Origin: Phoronis australis
Taxonomy: Eukaryota; Animalia; Phoronida
Direction of reading: 5' to 3'
Length of the DNA: 64,000 nucleotides
NCBI GenBank assembly: GCA_002633005.1
Contig: NMRA01000565.1
Coordinates: forward strand, 7,682-71,681
Shown here: positions 22,101-37,100 of the stretch, piece after piece
Layout: each line of letters opens with the position of its first letter
How positions within the stretch are numbered: the stretch's first letter is position 1
Notes under the pieces: model-generated
What the model was told of the DNA's origin: nothing
What the model saw: the letters and a program-made list of their open reading frames with translations, nothing else
The model's database searches: none
Position numbers and translations under genes: made by a program

Positions 22101-25100
22101 TGGAGTGTGTAGATGTCGTAAAATTTTTTTTTTAAGTTTTCATTATTTGCATATTTGCAATCAGCCATTGTAAATTGAATACAATTATTAGTTTTGTGTG
22201 AAATAAGTGAATAACTGTAGTATAATATTAAAAATTTTAATTGTTATTTTCGTGGAGAAATTTGATAAAATGAAATGAATGTCACATGTCAGCAGTTAGT
22301 ATGGTATGCTGTTACTGTAGTCTGTGTAAATAATTGTCAGACAAAGTGTTCTGTACTTTTCTTCTGGCATAGTTCTGGTCACATCTACAGCAAGCTGATT
22401 GGTTTATAAGTACCCAAACTTCATTGTTGTGGTCAGCTGATGCCTTTTCAGTCTCTCACCATTAGCAAACACTGGCAGTGAATAAACACTGTGAATTGTA
22501 GGACTGGCAGGCCTTTGTTAGCAATTTCAAGCAACTATGTTCCCTTCAAGAAGTGAACTGGGGTTTTTAGACCCCCTATCTATATTATTGGTTATAATTT
22601 GTGTCTTCAAATGAGAAGCACTTGGCTTTTAGGTTTGCAGAGAAGAGGCACGCGGTGAGAAGCCAACTTGCAGAGCATGGTCTTATTCACTCAGGGAACT
22701 CTGCTCTTTCAAGCCCTGAAGTCACAATTCTAAGATTCATAACTGTAAGAGGTCAAAATAAAAAGTGTTGTGATAGCAGGCAGGTTTACATGGTAACCAC
22801 TGTAGTGGAACTTGAAGCTAATTCGTTATCTCTGTGATTGCTTGGTCAGGTTAGCTGGAAACACAACACATAGCTAGATGTGATATGAAGTACACTGAAA
22901 ATTGCCAAATGTTTTAAGAACCACGAAAACCGATCAGCTGTAAATCACTTGACGAGTTTTGTGGCAAAACTGATCAGCTGTACATCACTTGACGGTGTCC
23001 AGTAAGTATCATGACATAGTCTTGGGGAATAGCACTGCATGATGCGGGCTATGTGAGCCCCCAAGGAATGTCATTAGCGCGAAGATCACCTGTTTGCAAA
23101 ATTTTTTGTTTTCACGTTTACATGTTGTCTGTGAATACAACTGCACTTTGTTTGACATAGATGATGTTCAAATAGCATTGTTGTTTAGTTCCTGCTATAC
23201 ATTAGCATAGTTAAGAACATTCAAATACATCACTTCATCCATTAATGGCAGTCTTACAATGTAGGTTAACCAATTCCCTTCTTAACTGAATACCATGATG
23301 CTCTGCTCATACCATTACTGATCTAACTGTTCAAACATCTGTTTGTGTTGGTGTTCAGTGCGGCATTGTCAAACCACATTCTAGTATAATCCTCAGTCTA
23401 CTGACTTTTCAGTAGCTCTAGGAGACTTAGCCTGAGTTTGCTAGGAAATATTAATCTAGTCCTTTCTGTTTAAGAGGTGTTGTACTCATTTCCCCTCAGG
23501 ATCTCCTAGGTCATAGTACACATATTCATAAGGAGCTATTAGCTTAAGTACAGTATAAATCGCGGGTGAGAAACAACATGACCGCTGGTCCTCTAAATCT
23601 AACCTACTCGCCCAAAACAGGAACTACGGGATTTAAATGGCACTGCAGCACCAGAAAATGGGACTGATGCACCTAAAAACATGACCGTAAAATGCGTAAA
23701 TGGTTGAGATTAGTTCTTTAGGGATCCCGATTTCTCACGATAGCAGAAACTGGCGGAATTCACGGAGTCTTAACTTCGTTTAATGAAATTGGAGGTTTTG
23801 AATGGAATTCATATATACATCAGTATTAGATGCCATAATTCTAATTTTTTAATTACCAAAATTTAGAATATAATGTATCAAATTCTTTGATTTGATCTAT
23901 AATTTGCAGTAAAATGTTCTGGTGAATTCCTTCTGAAGGTGGCACTATTCTTTTTCTGATTTTGACAATAAACATGGCGTACAGCAAATTAATGGTAAAA
24001 TGGAGCTGCATCAGGGGAAAAGTAAGGAAATTCCCAGGTTGGTGTCACTTTGAAATGATAACATGGAATTTGCTCATAGAAAATGGAAAAAATGGATTTT
24101 ACGTTTGCTAAAATGGATTCCTCCGTATTTGAAATCAGGGTCTTTACATCTACAGTAAAATTTCGTGGTCAAAATTAGGCGACAGAATTACCCACACTTC
24201 ATTTTCCGAGAACTTCTGACATTGTTACGAATGACCACTAATTTTTGTATTACTGGTGTTGTGTAGTGGCTACAATACAGAATTTGAAAATGATGAAACA
24301 TCTGTGCAGTGCCTTTTATTATTTAAAAAAGAGCAACAGCATACAGTTTCATTTGTCATACAAATTGCTTCCTTATATTCGTAAGATTCCATGTTGTTAC
24401 ATTACACAGTTTCAATTGTTGCCGTTCACTGGATCCATCTTCCAAATTTTCTGATTCCATTTTGTTTACTTGGTGTGCATGGAAATAGTCCACAAAGATA
24501 ACGGATCTGTCACACCTTGAAATACTTTTGTCATTGGAAGATAGTGGAAGATTATTTACTTAAAGTTTGCCAAAGATTGCACCCACCAAGTCAATTTGTG
24601 TCTTTTTGTAGTGTGGAGGCGAGCACTGGTATGTTTGCACCTGTCATTTTCAGCATTCTGTGACAGTGGGTTCAGCTTATAATTCGGGGAATAGACCCAA
24701 CATAGGGGCTAGGGCCTCAAATACTGACTTCTAAATCAATTGGTTTCCCTACAAATCTGTGTGGTCAGTACTGTACACTAAATTCGGAGATTGGACTGTG
24801 TAAATGCAATGGCATACAAATCGTGCTCGGAACAGTGTTTCACTGTAGCACTTGGCTGACATGTGAGAGAGGGTAGAATTTTGACCAATATCAGAAGATG
24901 TCACTGGTCCATTTTGTTCACTGAGTTCTACCATTGAACTGAAGGGTTTCCCGTCAGTAATGTTCAGTGGCACAACCTCCTCATCATTTCTAATGCCATT
25001 GATTTTCGAGATAGGCTTGAGAAAGAGAGATTGAGAAGGCTTACAGCCTGAGGGTCTGTCGGGGTGGACAGATCTAATGGAGTATTGTGAAATTTTATGT

Positions 25101-28100
25101 AATGGTTCTGAGAGGGCTGTGAAATCAAAAAACTTAGCAGGTGGGGGGAGTGTTTTTAGTGGTATAGATGTCAGATGGTGTGTCCATGCAGATCAGAGGC
25201 CAGAGGAGGGACCATCACGATAGCTTCATTTCCATTGCAGTAAAGTTTCTGTAATTTTTGGTGGAACAGTGAAATTTTGTACAATTTCAATGAAAATAAA
25301 CAGGAAGAAAACCTTACTTCTTTATTTACAAGTTCTATGCACTGTCATAAACAAGCGCGTGATGATATTTGAGCATTTTCAACAGTGAACTTAGCTTTTG
25401 AAATGTGGAAAAAGACCATTTCAACATTTTTTGCTGGAATCTCAGGAAACATTACTGTAGTCCATACAGTTATATTTTTGGTAATTAACTGACATAAGTG
25501 TTTCCTGGCAGTGGTTAACTTGACACTGTTGCTGGGGTCATTCTAAGTTCTGTTTAACTGGAAATGCTTAAGTTGTTAAAGTAAAATAATTGAAATTGTT
25601 TGAATATTTTTGCAGTATTTTTGAGAAATTCCTCTCCAGCGCTTGATCAATTTAAGGATGAAACAGGAATGTGCCCTTATTAATTCCAGGGTTGATTCCT
25701 CGACACATGGGAAATGTACCAGTCATTCTTGCAGCTTGTGATAATGGGCGACACAATACCAATCAAAATAGAGCCAGACGTGCTTAATTTTCACTCGCCA
25801 ATCAATATTGCTGACCACAGTAATTATCTAGCTTCGTTCTTTGATTGTTCTACTCTTCTTGACTTCTCGCCTGTTATTTACCTCGGAGCCTCGCATGTTG
25901 GTCTGTTCGCGAGCTGCGTGAGATCTTTGTGTAACTGCTTCCCCCGCTGCTGGGACTTGCAGTTCTACTGCTCTCATTCAATGCACACTTATGTCGCCAA
26001 TGAATTTCACTTGTCGGCCATATTGCATGCTAAATAAATGAAGAATCACCGTTATTTGATAATTTTTCATGGTTGTTCTTAACAATAGTGAGTTCTTTCT
26101 CATGTCAAAGTGCTGTTCACCAGCATGGCGAGCCAAAGGCCTCACTAGACTACCTGAATCAAACGCATGCATTTGAGAAGGATTTTCGGTATTGGTCTAT
26201 GTATACAACCAGTAGTAGACGGGTCATCCTAGAACAAAACTTCTGAAGCTAAAAACCAGGTGTCTTCCAGTTCATGGTCAGTGGTAGTTTGTGCTCCAAG
26301 CTGTAGTCTGGAGTTTACTGGTGTAGTCTTTTCAATGTTCTATGAGTTTGTGTGAATGCTATAGATGAAGGCAAGTGTTTGCATTAGAACTGTACACAGT
26401 GTGACCAGCTACAATTCTAGCATAAAGCATTTATGAATCACCCCTTTGGTGTCATATTGTGGTAATGCTATCTGGTAGTGGGCAATCTGACTGATGTCTA
26501 GATATAGTTACTGAGGTTATGTTGGACCCTAAGAAAAGGGATAAATTTGGTGAGCTTGGGAACATCATGTCTCTGTGGCTAATTGGATTTGTATGAAAGT
26601 CGTACACTATGTTTTATTATTATTATTCCCCAAAACAATGTCAGGGATTGTTTTCAAAATGTTCCACTTTTGCTTGAGGGGTTATCAGAAAATAGGACCC
26701 TTACAATTTTTGTGAAAGTACACAGACTTGTGGATAAGGTGTTGTATAACATTAATATCAGTTCTGTAATAAACAATGGTCATAAAGCATTAGTTTGTAA
26801 GTTACAACCAGTCATTAGTGCCGTTTACGCACACGTTGACACCGATCAGCTGACACGGAACCAGATATTCTAGCACAAGAATGTGTGTGAAGGGTACTGA
26901 ACTAGTCAGAGCAAATTGACACCGCGGTGATAACTTTTGCCACCCATTTGTGAGGTAGAGCAATTGGTGCTTGATCAACTTGCCCCATGTCAATTATATA
27001 CGAATGCGAAACTGAGGCAAGGCGGAAAGGATCATTTCTACTGTGCTTGTGCAATGACCTACATACAACTCCCGCCTTTTGTAAACCTATGCATGTGCGT
27101 TCAACTCGCCAGCCTACAACTTCGTCTTGCCACAGTTAATGAATTGTGTTTGTAAATGGCTGCTCAACACCTATCAGTTTGCTCCGTGTCAGTTGCGTAG
27201 GGCCAAAAGTTGATGTCTAAACGGGATTTTTGTGTGCCAGACAGTTATAATCCTTCAGTTTTGATACCCCGCATTCTTTCCTCCCAACTATTTCCTTCAT
27301 AACATCATAACTGAGATCACGGGTAGGATTTCCTGTGTACTTGACTTACTTATTAGGAACAAATCAATTTGGACATTAGGATTCCTTGGGTGTTTTTAAA
27401 ATATTTAGGGCTATATTAAAAATTTGGGACTAAAACGAGGAACAAAATCACCCTTGATGACACTGTCATGACATTCAACTTCTCTGTTCAGCATTTTCAG
27501 GTCAGGTAACTGCAGACATTTAGTTATTAGATTTTCTTCGAATGTTGCTAATATGTTAATTAGGAGACATTTAAGTCTTCTCTCATGAGAGTCAGATCTG
27601 ATTCTAGGTATTGATCAAGGGAAACATTCAGTTACAAATATCATAGTTATGGTAGGGAGGGAGTTAGATGATTTATTTATGCATGCGGAAAATCTTCGGT
27701 TGAAGTTGTTTTAAAATGTCGAGTCTCGTCAATTACGGAAAAAATAATCAATTTGCTAATTTTCTACCAAGGCTTGAAATTTTTCCAAAGGTTTTCTAGT
27801 GACCTCTAAAATGCACATACTATGCTAGAACCAAGGAGAGGGTTCTGGAAAGTTGTTTTTGTGGAGGAATTTTGGTAAAATGGAAGTTGCACATGTCCGT
27901 CATATTTTGTCCCAAATTGGTGAATTTTTAACCTTGAAATAAAACGGTGAAAATTATTTTTTGTGAAATCATTTTTGTAATTTTAGGTACCATTCATCAC
28001 ATATTCTTAAAACCTAATTCTGAATAGGTACAATATCAGAGACTGGAAATTTTAAAGAAAGTACTTTTCCAACATCTGAAATTATCAATAGGCTCATCTG

Positions 28101-31100
28101 TGACTTCTGAAAGAATTTTTGCATCTATAGGTAGTGCAGGAGAACAGGAATGGTGCATTTTGCCCTGTGTAGCTGGTGAAAAACGAAAATCGAAGTGGGT
28201 CTTTTACTATGATAGTCGTTCTCGTACTGTTTCATTTCCTTTGCCAACTTTGATCAAAGGCAGTGCTTGCATGTGCTGTTTTTAGAAATTGTTTATTTTA
28301 GGGTTGACCTACCCACCAATAAACTCTGAAGCGTTTTTTTGAGTCATTGATAGTTTCGATCTTATTGTCTGCAGTGGAAATAGAATCCCATGAAAAGCAC
28401 AAGGCCTAATTTCATTTTCGATTTTGAGCCGGTTAAACACCGTGAAATGAAGCCTGAACTGGAGGCATATATAAAACATTCAGTTTGCATGGTAGAGGTG
28501 AACTTTTGCACCCTTCCTTTTCAGCAAGATATGTGATAAGCTCCAGTTGAACTTTATTATGTAAACTTTACACGTTAGTGGTGTCTGTAACTGCCATCAA
28601 CTAGTGGTCTTAGTCCATAGTTGTGCTGCAAGTTGTCTCTTGGTGGGGACTTGCTCTACTTTAGTCGCATTTAGATCACAAGCCTATTGAAAAATGATCC
28701 CTTACCGCCGTGCCCCAGTTGTGTTTAGACAGTGGAGCAACTGATCGAGTGCAACTCGCTCTGCCTCTCTAACCGTTGTCAAAAATGGCCGCCACAGTGT
28801 CAGCTTTCTCCATGTGTAGGTCGTGTGTACACACTCACTTGCGTCCAATCAGCTGTCCTGTGTTAGTTGCTGTGTGACAGCTGTCGTGTAAATGTGGCTA
28901 ATGTGTTATGGCTTTTTTATTTGGCACATTCAACTTTAATACAGAAAATGTCACTTACTTTGGGCAAATGAGATAACTGAAATTGCCCGTTTCCTAACTT
29001 TTATATTATTGTTATGAGTGCCCTCAATTTTTATGCGCCCACATATTTATATATGGACGCATTATTTCAAAATATTGTTTGATGGTGGCTAAGCTGTAAC
29101 ATAACTTGAACGTGGGGGAGTATTTATTTATTTATTTATTTATGTATTTAACTTCTTTAAAGGCCCTTTCATATTGACTTAACTCCGGTCTGAGCGGAGC
29201 GTCGACGTAAATAGCGCAGTTAACTGAACCATTCATACTGGCTTCGGTAGTAGTAAACGGTTGGTAACGCTGACGTCATCGAAGTTATCGCAAGGTAGCG
29301 CTGCACGCTAATATTTTTTTCAATGTGACAATTTGGAACATTTAAATGTGCTAAATGACATTAAACTCATTTTTAAATTGATTGGTTATCATTAAAGCAA
29401 AAAATAGGTAGTTATTAGTGATGTCACTACTCTGTAACTGTTGACGATAACAGTGGCACCTGGTGATAACTTCGATTGGACCGAAGTTAAGCGTTCATAC
29501 TGCACCGCAGCGTCGACGCTGCGGTCTTAAATCCACCTATTAACTGCAATGTTAACTGGAGCTGTTAACTGCGATCCAGGACCGGAGCTAAGCGTTCATA
29601 CTGACCGCAACTCCCCAAACCATCGACGCGTCGACGTTAGTATCAAAGGCCCTTAAAAGACTGGGTGACCACTTCTGTGAATGAAGTGATTTTCAAGTGA
29701 GTCCAGTCATAAATAGTAATACAGAGAACTATGTACAATTAGATTGAAAAGCTTAATAAATAAAATAAATTAGCGTAAAATTAGTTAACATGTACAATTA
29801 GATGAATAAATAAGATGAAATAATGATTAATTTGGTGTTGAACTTGATATCTTTATGGAAAAAACGAGATAATAATATTGCACTTATTGGCCATCTTGTG
29901 TCTGAAAAACTGGTGTTTGTGACAGACGAAGATAACAATCCTGGTATAGACAGGGCTTACCTTCATTCAGCAACAGTTAACCTTTATGCAACAGCAAATG
30001 ATTTGACTAGTTTGATTACACCTTGTTATGGACATATGTCACAGGGATATTGTGAGAAAGTAACACATAACTCATCAACAATTCTATGGTATGCACAAAG
30101 GTGAACCGTAAATGGTCCCAGCTACACCACTCCGTGGGAACACAAAATCTGCCTTATGGGATCTGGCGTTCTGAGAACCAGTTTATCCTCTTGAGTAACG
30201 AGCTGCAGGTATCAAACTGATTCTCAAAGTCTGGGACCAGAGTAAGTGAAATCTGCCCAAAATCGTTTAAAACAATGTAGGCGTGTGGACCATAGACTTG
30301 TCCCTATCCGAGTATAGCACCGGGTTCAGTTCTAGATCATAACTTCCCTGTTTCATCTTCTCATGTAGACACTATGCAGTGGTCGATTTTCGTATCGTTG
30401 ACTTGCGATGGTCAGGTATGTTGCATAAAAGTCGAGTTAACACTTTGTCCACTGGAGGGCAATTGTCATTAGCCCCGTATAATCAGTTTTCAATGTTCTG
30501 CGAATGTCTTCTATTTCTGTTCACATGAATTCTTCAAGCGAGGATTTCCGCGTAATCAATGGAATCTCTAATGTGAATCGATTTTCATGACAATATTACA
30601 ACATTCATAATTGAGTAAGGGTTCTGTAGAAAGATTAAGGTTTCGTACTGATTTCGTTGAATAACAAGTCTTTTCATCCTAAGTAGCTCCACATCTGTCA
30701 ATCGTGTAAAGTCACTCGGCAACTTTTTTGCAACAGTTGCGCAATATTTTTTAGTAGTTACATACTAGTACACGCACTTGATAGTTCACAACATCAGCAA
30801 CTGGGCTTTTATACATTGGGGTTATATAGTCTATTTCAGATGGCAGTTGTATTCTTTGAAATATGTGGTTCAGTTCAGATGTTTAGCAAAGTGTGCTGTG
30901 CAACAATGCTTCACCTATTTTGGACACAATATGGCCGACGAGTGAAGTTCTGTTTTGTTAAATTTCTAAATTTCTTAGTTTATTAAAAGCATGGGTTCTA
31001 GTGAAACAACCTTTGCTAAAATTCCCATTATTTGCAAAAAAGGAATTAGTCTTTTGCAAAGTGATAAAATGACAATTTTGACAGTTAATCTTATGAGAAT

Positions 31101-34100
31101 TAATGTAGCTCCCCTAGTTTTCAATTTTCTGCTGTCCGATTAATGTGTTAGATTCTGAACAAGTGACACTAGAAACAACCAGTACTGTAGAGACCCTTAA
31201 ACGAGTATTTAAATATTATCATGGTAACCCACTGGTGTGTACCACATTTTTTGACCAGTCTAGTGTGAGCAAATCACATCTCTTATGTGCTGTGACTGAG
31301 GAGGGGAAAGGGCTGTTGATGGAATGACAAATTTTTATGACACCCACCATCATCACCACCTCTGGTGTTTAGTATAGGACAGCTGTAATCTGACAACTCT
31401 TGTTATGAATATCTTTACACACCTGTTACTGGAATACTGAGCTTCCTTGGCAACTGTTGGGCAGGTCCGTGGTATAAAAATAAAGCACTGTGCAGTGGAA
31501 TGCGGAACAATCAATAACATAGCAGTAACTATCCCAGAAAACTTTGATTCTGATATTTTCAAAGTGAAGAAATTATTGAAAAAGTTTTTCGAATAATGTC
31601 TTGGGACATTGCTGTTCATGAAAGGCGCTCTCATCCCAAACTTATTCGCCGAACATCTGAGCTAGTCTTAAGTCAAGCTGTCTAGGGACCAACGCAAACG
31701 GGCAACTTCAGTCAGAATATGTCTTGAATAGGACGCCTCTACAGTTTCTCAAAACACTGTCCACTGGTAGCTATGGTATACAAGTAAAGCCCTAATGGAC
31801 AGCATACTACTTTTCTATTATGAAGAAAATGTGAAAATAAAATTTCACCCTTGTCCTGAATTGGAGAGATTTTACCGTACCTATTATTTGGAAGGGAGCC
31901 CTTCTGCAGGCTGTAACTACCTTGTTGGCTACGACAGTATATATTCTGGAGGCAATTAAAACTTAATCACTTCTCTGTGTTTGTATCATGCCCACTAAGT
32001 GCATTGGTCTTGGAGATATCGATTTTTGCAGTGTGCTCTTATGAGTATACTATCTCGTGTGGGCTAATTACAAAATTCGTTTTAGGTCTGACAGAGCCAA
32101 TATTTACATTTGAATATGTTTGAGCATTGAACTAGCGCTATATGCAGGTATTATCTTGCGGCATTTAATTTAAGTGTATTGAGTTCCCGTGGAATATTAT
32201 GTTGTCAGGTAACTTGTGCAAAACATTTTGATTTTCATATAAATACTACAAGGAACATGACCGTGTCTTAGCTTATTTCTAAATATTTTGTGCAATTTCC
32301 CCCAAGTTGAAAGTAGTTGAACCTCGTTTCCACATAACGACTTATCGGAATCATAATACTATATATCTTCTGCACTTTTCTGTAGAGCACTGTTACGAAT
32401 TGCGAGATCTATATAAAATGAAATGTGGCCATGTTATTGAAATTGTTTAGCTATGAAACATGTAAATTTTCTTTTTTGCTAAATTTCATTGAAAGACATG
32501 GTTGCATTGTCCAAGTGGTTGTAGTTTGATACAAAGTTCTACACTTTCTACTTTCAGAAAATGCACAGTAGTTCACCAAGTTAAGATTCTAAATATTTTG
32601 CTCAATGCACAGATGAGGTTCTGCATAACCTTAATGTATTACATGGTCCTGAATAATGTCTAGCCATGTGAGAAATGAGAACCAGATGTGCTCTGTACAG
32701 TAGGTGCAGTAGGTGCTGATTGCCTGCTATAATGTCTTCTAAATAGATCAGTCAACAACTTCCTTTTCCCTACAAATGAGGATGTTGTTGGGATGAACTT
32801 GGTAATAGTTATGTCTCTACAAAGCCTGTTTACTTTCCTAAAATGTCAGCCATGGAGAATGGTAATTACATGTGTTTTCTTTGTACCTAGTATGCTATTA
32901 ATGATAATTACGAGGCAGTATGCTCTATCATCTAAAATGCCTCTCCAACAATTTCACTTCCGCAAAATTAATCCCACTGGACGCCAGCAGATCTTAAGCA
33001 AGTAAAAAATCTCAAAAACAATCATGGAGGTTGAAAATTTTATTGTCCGGAATTGTTCTCCGTTAAGATTTTTTTTCTGAATACTCAAACATTCAGAATT
33101 GAAACAGTTTGAATTTGGTTTTATTAAGTTAAAGTTGACATGTAGAAACCAGGCTATATTTTGTTAACTGTAATTCTTGTATTCAGTAACTAATTGATGA
33201 CATGTAAAATGTCTTTGGTTTGGTTTCAGGCACTTGCTGTTGGCGTCAAAGTTCACCAAGAACCCATGGTAGCGTTTGTTTCTGGCAAGCCAGCAATGAA
33301 ACACACCGTCAATGGTTGGGAAGCTGATGCAAAGATTGGTTATCTGACAAATAAATACGCCATTCTGAGGTTTTGCAAGAACGTAAGTATTGTTGGACAA
33401 GTCAAATGACAGTCATAACGGGAAATGGATTTTAGAAGTCACGACAGGTGATAACTGGTTTCTGGAATTGAGAGACGTTTGAAGTGCAAGGAAATGGTTC
33501 TAGTTTTGATTGTGTCTCTCGTAAGGTTTGATCTTTTGGCTGACTTGCTAAGCCTGAACACTGGTTGTGTGAAGGGTTAATGAGCTGGCGAATTGAATTA
33601 TTTACCTGGTACCTGATGACCACTTTGTGAAAATTAGAGTCCAGGATCTAATTTTCGAACTCAGACTCTCGAAACTTAACCAATCACCCTACTGATTTGA
33701 GTACAATTTTAATGGAAGGGCGTCATGCAGTTGGCTGATTTTCGAGTATAGATATTAGTCTCTGGACCTAGTTGGTGTTGCATTGTTGGAAATTTTGAAA
33801 TTGCGAATAGGCACGTGAACTCATTCTAACCCAGGTGGTATGGTGGTGGACAATAAGCAGCTGTAACGGTGTTTTCTTTCAAAACCATGGAAACCGGTCT
33901 TTTCTGGTCTCTTACTTAGTATGGAAGTGATCATTGGGCCCCAGAAGAACTGACAGTTTGTCATTTCACTAGCTAACTAAGCTCACAAAGTGTGTGGTCA
34001 CTGTGTGAAGTGTGCTGAGCTGAGCTAGATCTTTCCAAGCCCAGAAATCCCATCTACTTTGACTAAGGAATACGAGACCAGTTGGATAACAGTAATGTGG

Positions 34101-37100
34101 CCTGACTAAAAACTTGTTTTTGGATAGAGAGAATGGGTTTAGTATCACTTAGAAATGTGCAGGTCAAACTCCATTTATATAACGACCCAGTGTTCTCCGC
34201 AATAGAAAATTATAACTCGACAAGAATAACGAGATTCACATCCGTGTTCGAAAGTGCATGTCCATACTGGGGTGAGTTTGTGTGTTAAATCTAGGAATAA
34301 ATGTATTGAACTGGTAACAAATGTCCATAATGTCATAATTTTGCTATGACTAATCTTCCTTCTCGTTTAGGTTTTCAAACTGGGCACAAGTAAGCCAAAC
34401 TGATCAGGGCAAAATTCAAACTCTACTCAATGACTAGTCGTAACAGGTTGTGGAGAGCATTGCCACTAAGTTACATACCTTCTCTTGTTACCCCATTGTT
34501 AGGGTAAGAACTCTAGCATAGAAATCTGATCTTAATCCCGGCTTAGTTTTGTCTAGCGTCTTTTGTTTTACCCCGGCGTTACGAGATAAAGTGTTTTTGA
34601 ATTTGTGCTTAAGTACCTTGTGATCCGCGCAGCTTGAGTTTGTACTAGATGACTTATAGAGCCAAGCTACAAACTTAGTTACAACTCGAGATTTGGAGTT
34701 TAGAGTGAGTCCAAATGTTCCCCAGCCATCCTGTGTTAGCTGTTAAGCCTGCTTTCATTGTCTTTGTATCCAGCATTGGGACATAAAAAGCTAGGGCTAG
34801 TTTGATTCACTTCCAGAAAAACACTGCCTTTTGGTGTGACTAACACCACCACCAAAGGAGCTGACAAGCTTAATTCTATTTTTATTGGGGGGGGGGGAGG
34901 AACCAGGTCACACCTATCGTATGTATCCTGTTTTTGCTTCAGCTCTGAGACTAACTGTACAATTGAGTATAACTAGAAATATTCAGCTCACAATACAAGT
35001 ATAGAAGTTTGCGTTTCCCCATGAAGCAGTTAGTTGGGTGGAAGAGAACTAAAAGGTTTTTCTGCAGTCTGCCATTCACCTTGATTGAACAGCAGCGTCT
35101 GGTCTGTTTGTACCACTCTCTTCGGCCATTGATTTTGACTTATGAACAAACACAGCCATAACAGCCATTGAAAGAAGCTGTGAACTTAGGAACTGGTAGT
35201 TTCAACTTGGCTGTTTGATGGCCAGATCACTCAAGACCATGCAAAATCATGGGTTTGAAAGGCGTTTTGCAATTAAGCTGGAGATCTTACTAGTTTATAT
35301 TTATGAAATGGCCACTACTGTCTTTCCAGGTGTGTTTCTGACCTTGGTTTTCCTTTTTCAAAAACAGAGAAAGCGGTTTTAGCGATCATGAAATTCTTTT
35401 TCGTAAATTAACAAATTCTGTTTCACAGTCCTAAGTTGAATGGAAATAATCTGAGAATTACCTTAGTTTTTCCACTGAATTATGCTACGACTTCACTTTA
35501 CCAACGAAGTTAATTCTTAGTGTTTGGTAATGACGACCAGATATACTTGGATTAAGCTATCTCCTATTAAAATGTATTAACGATTCCTTTGGAATCTTAG
35601 TTCCGTAAAAGAATACGCGCTCTGTTCTTTTTGTTGTCGCACAAAAACTTGACTCTCAAGTGTCTTGCTTGTTTGAGTGGGGAAATTGCTCTATCTGCCT
35701 CAGCAAGGGCATGTCTTTGTATGGGGACTGTCTTATTGTGAGGGACTGTTATTGTGGGGAGACAATCTGATTGTGTTCCTCCAGCCATACAAAGGATCAG
35801 TGCATTGGCCTGTGTGATGAAATACCATAGATTATTAAGATCTCATTCCCTTTTACATTAATTATAGCCAATGCACAATTCTGTTTTTGGATACAAAACG
35901 CCTGCCTCTCCTTGGGCTGCTTTTTGGGATCACAATTCAGAATATGAACTATGATCAGGTGTATTTCATTATACCTTTGGCAAAGACTCAAGAAATACTA
36001 AAGGTTTTATTGTGACTCGACAGACAAGTGTTGTGTACCAGTTCTCCAGTGCGGTTAATGCTGCCGTACAGGCAGATTGACATGGTCAAAGGTGTTTCAG
36101 TGCCAGCCGTCGCTCAATTGGCCTACTCAGAAACTGTCAAGGCGGCAATCTTTTTATGAGAAACCACATTGTGCATGCATTTTGCAATCACAAATAAAAG
36201 TCCTATGTGATGGGTTTCACAGGGCACCCCTTGGGAATAGTATGTACTTAGATAGGCACATGACACACTACATTCTAGTGCCTCAAGAGCATTTGACTAA
36301 CATTGACAAACATTGCATGGAAGGCACATTGATTTAAAGCTGCATTTACACTGGAAACAGTTGTCATGGTGCAACTTACAGGGTAACCGCTGATCAGAAG
36401 CAAGTGTGTGTGTAAACACAACTGACATGGAGCAAGTTGATTCGGTATGGTGCAACTTACACGTAACAGGTGATCGGGAGCAAGCGTGTGTGTAAACAGT
36501 CTTAGTGTGACTCATGCTGATCCAATTTGCAATCTATTAGTAATGTCGTGTAAATGCAACTTTAAGTGGAGCAAGTCGCACGGTGACAACTCGCACGGTG
36601 ACATCTGTAACCCGTCTAAAACCAGCTTCACTCTTATGCAAAACCATAGTAGAAATGCGCATTTGACATGAGAAAGAAATTGTGTGCACCAAATACCGGG
36701 AGATTCTTGTTAGTTGTACTTGATCACCCATCCAGGTTACACCGTCACCCAATGTTTTTCAATAACGCTTAATGGACCTGCTTGCTCCAGCATTGCCTTG
36801 GTTAACGGACTGTCTAGAAGCCTTGGTGCCAAGGTGTGCTTACATTCAAGATTATGCAACAGTAGTCCTTGCTCTTCAATTGTATTCTCCATTTTTGAAA
36901 ACAGCATATGTTCATCTATAGTGCCTGTTTACACTTACAAAGTTGACACAGATCAGCTGACAGGGAACAAGTTGTTCCAGTGTGTAAACGGACTGACACA
37001 GCACAAATTGACACCGCGGTGCCAAATTTTTGCCACCCGTTTGTGAGGTAGAGTAATTTGCGCCCGAACATCTTGCGCCGTGTCAATTATAAGTCTAAAC

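Noticed and set aside
24749-26172. Possible nested antisense exons in APP intron 1 (PISKINGIRNDEEVVPLNITDG...; NESSRTASPSSGGS...)
   Set aside because: Splice-like signals exist, but there is no recognisable domain, stops interrupt the frames and I could not build a consistent model. Stranded RNA-seq would be needed.
36715-36760. Minus-strand ctggatgggtgatc resembling the 5S rRNA/SINE3 box C
   Set aside because: Too short and degenerate to call an RNA gene or SINE.
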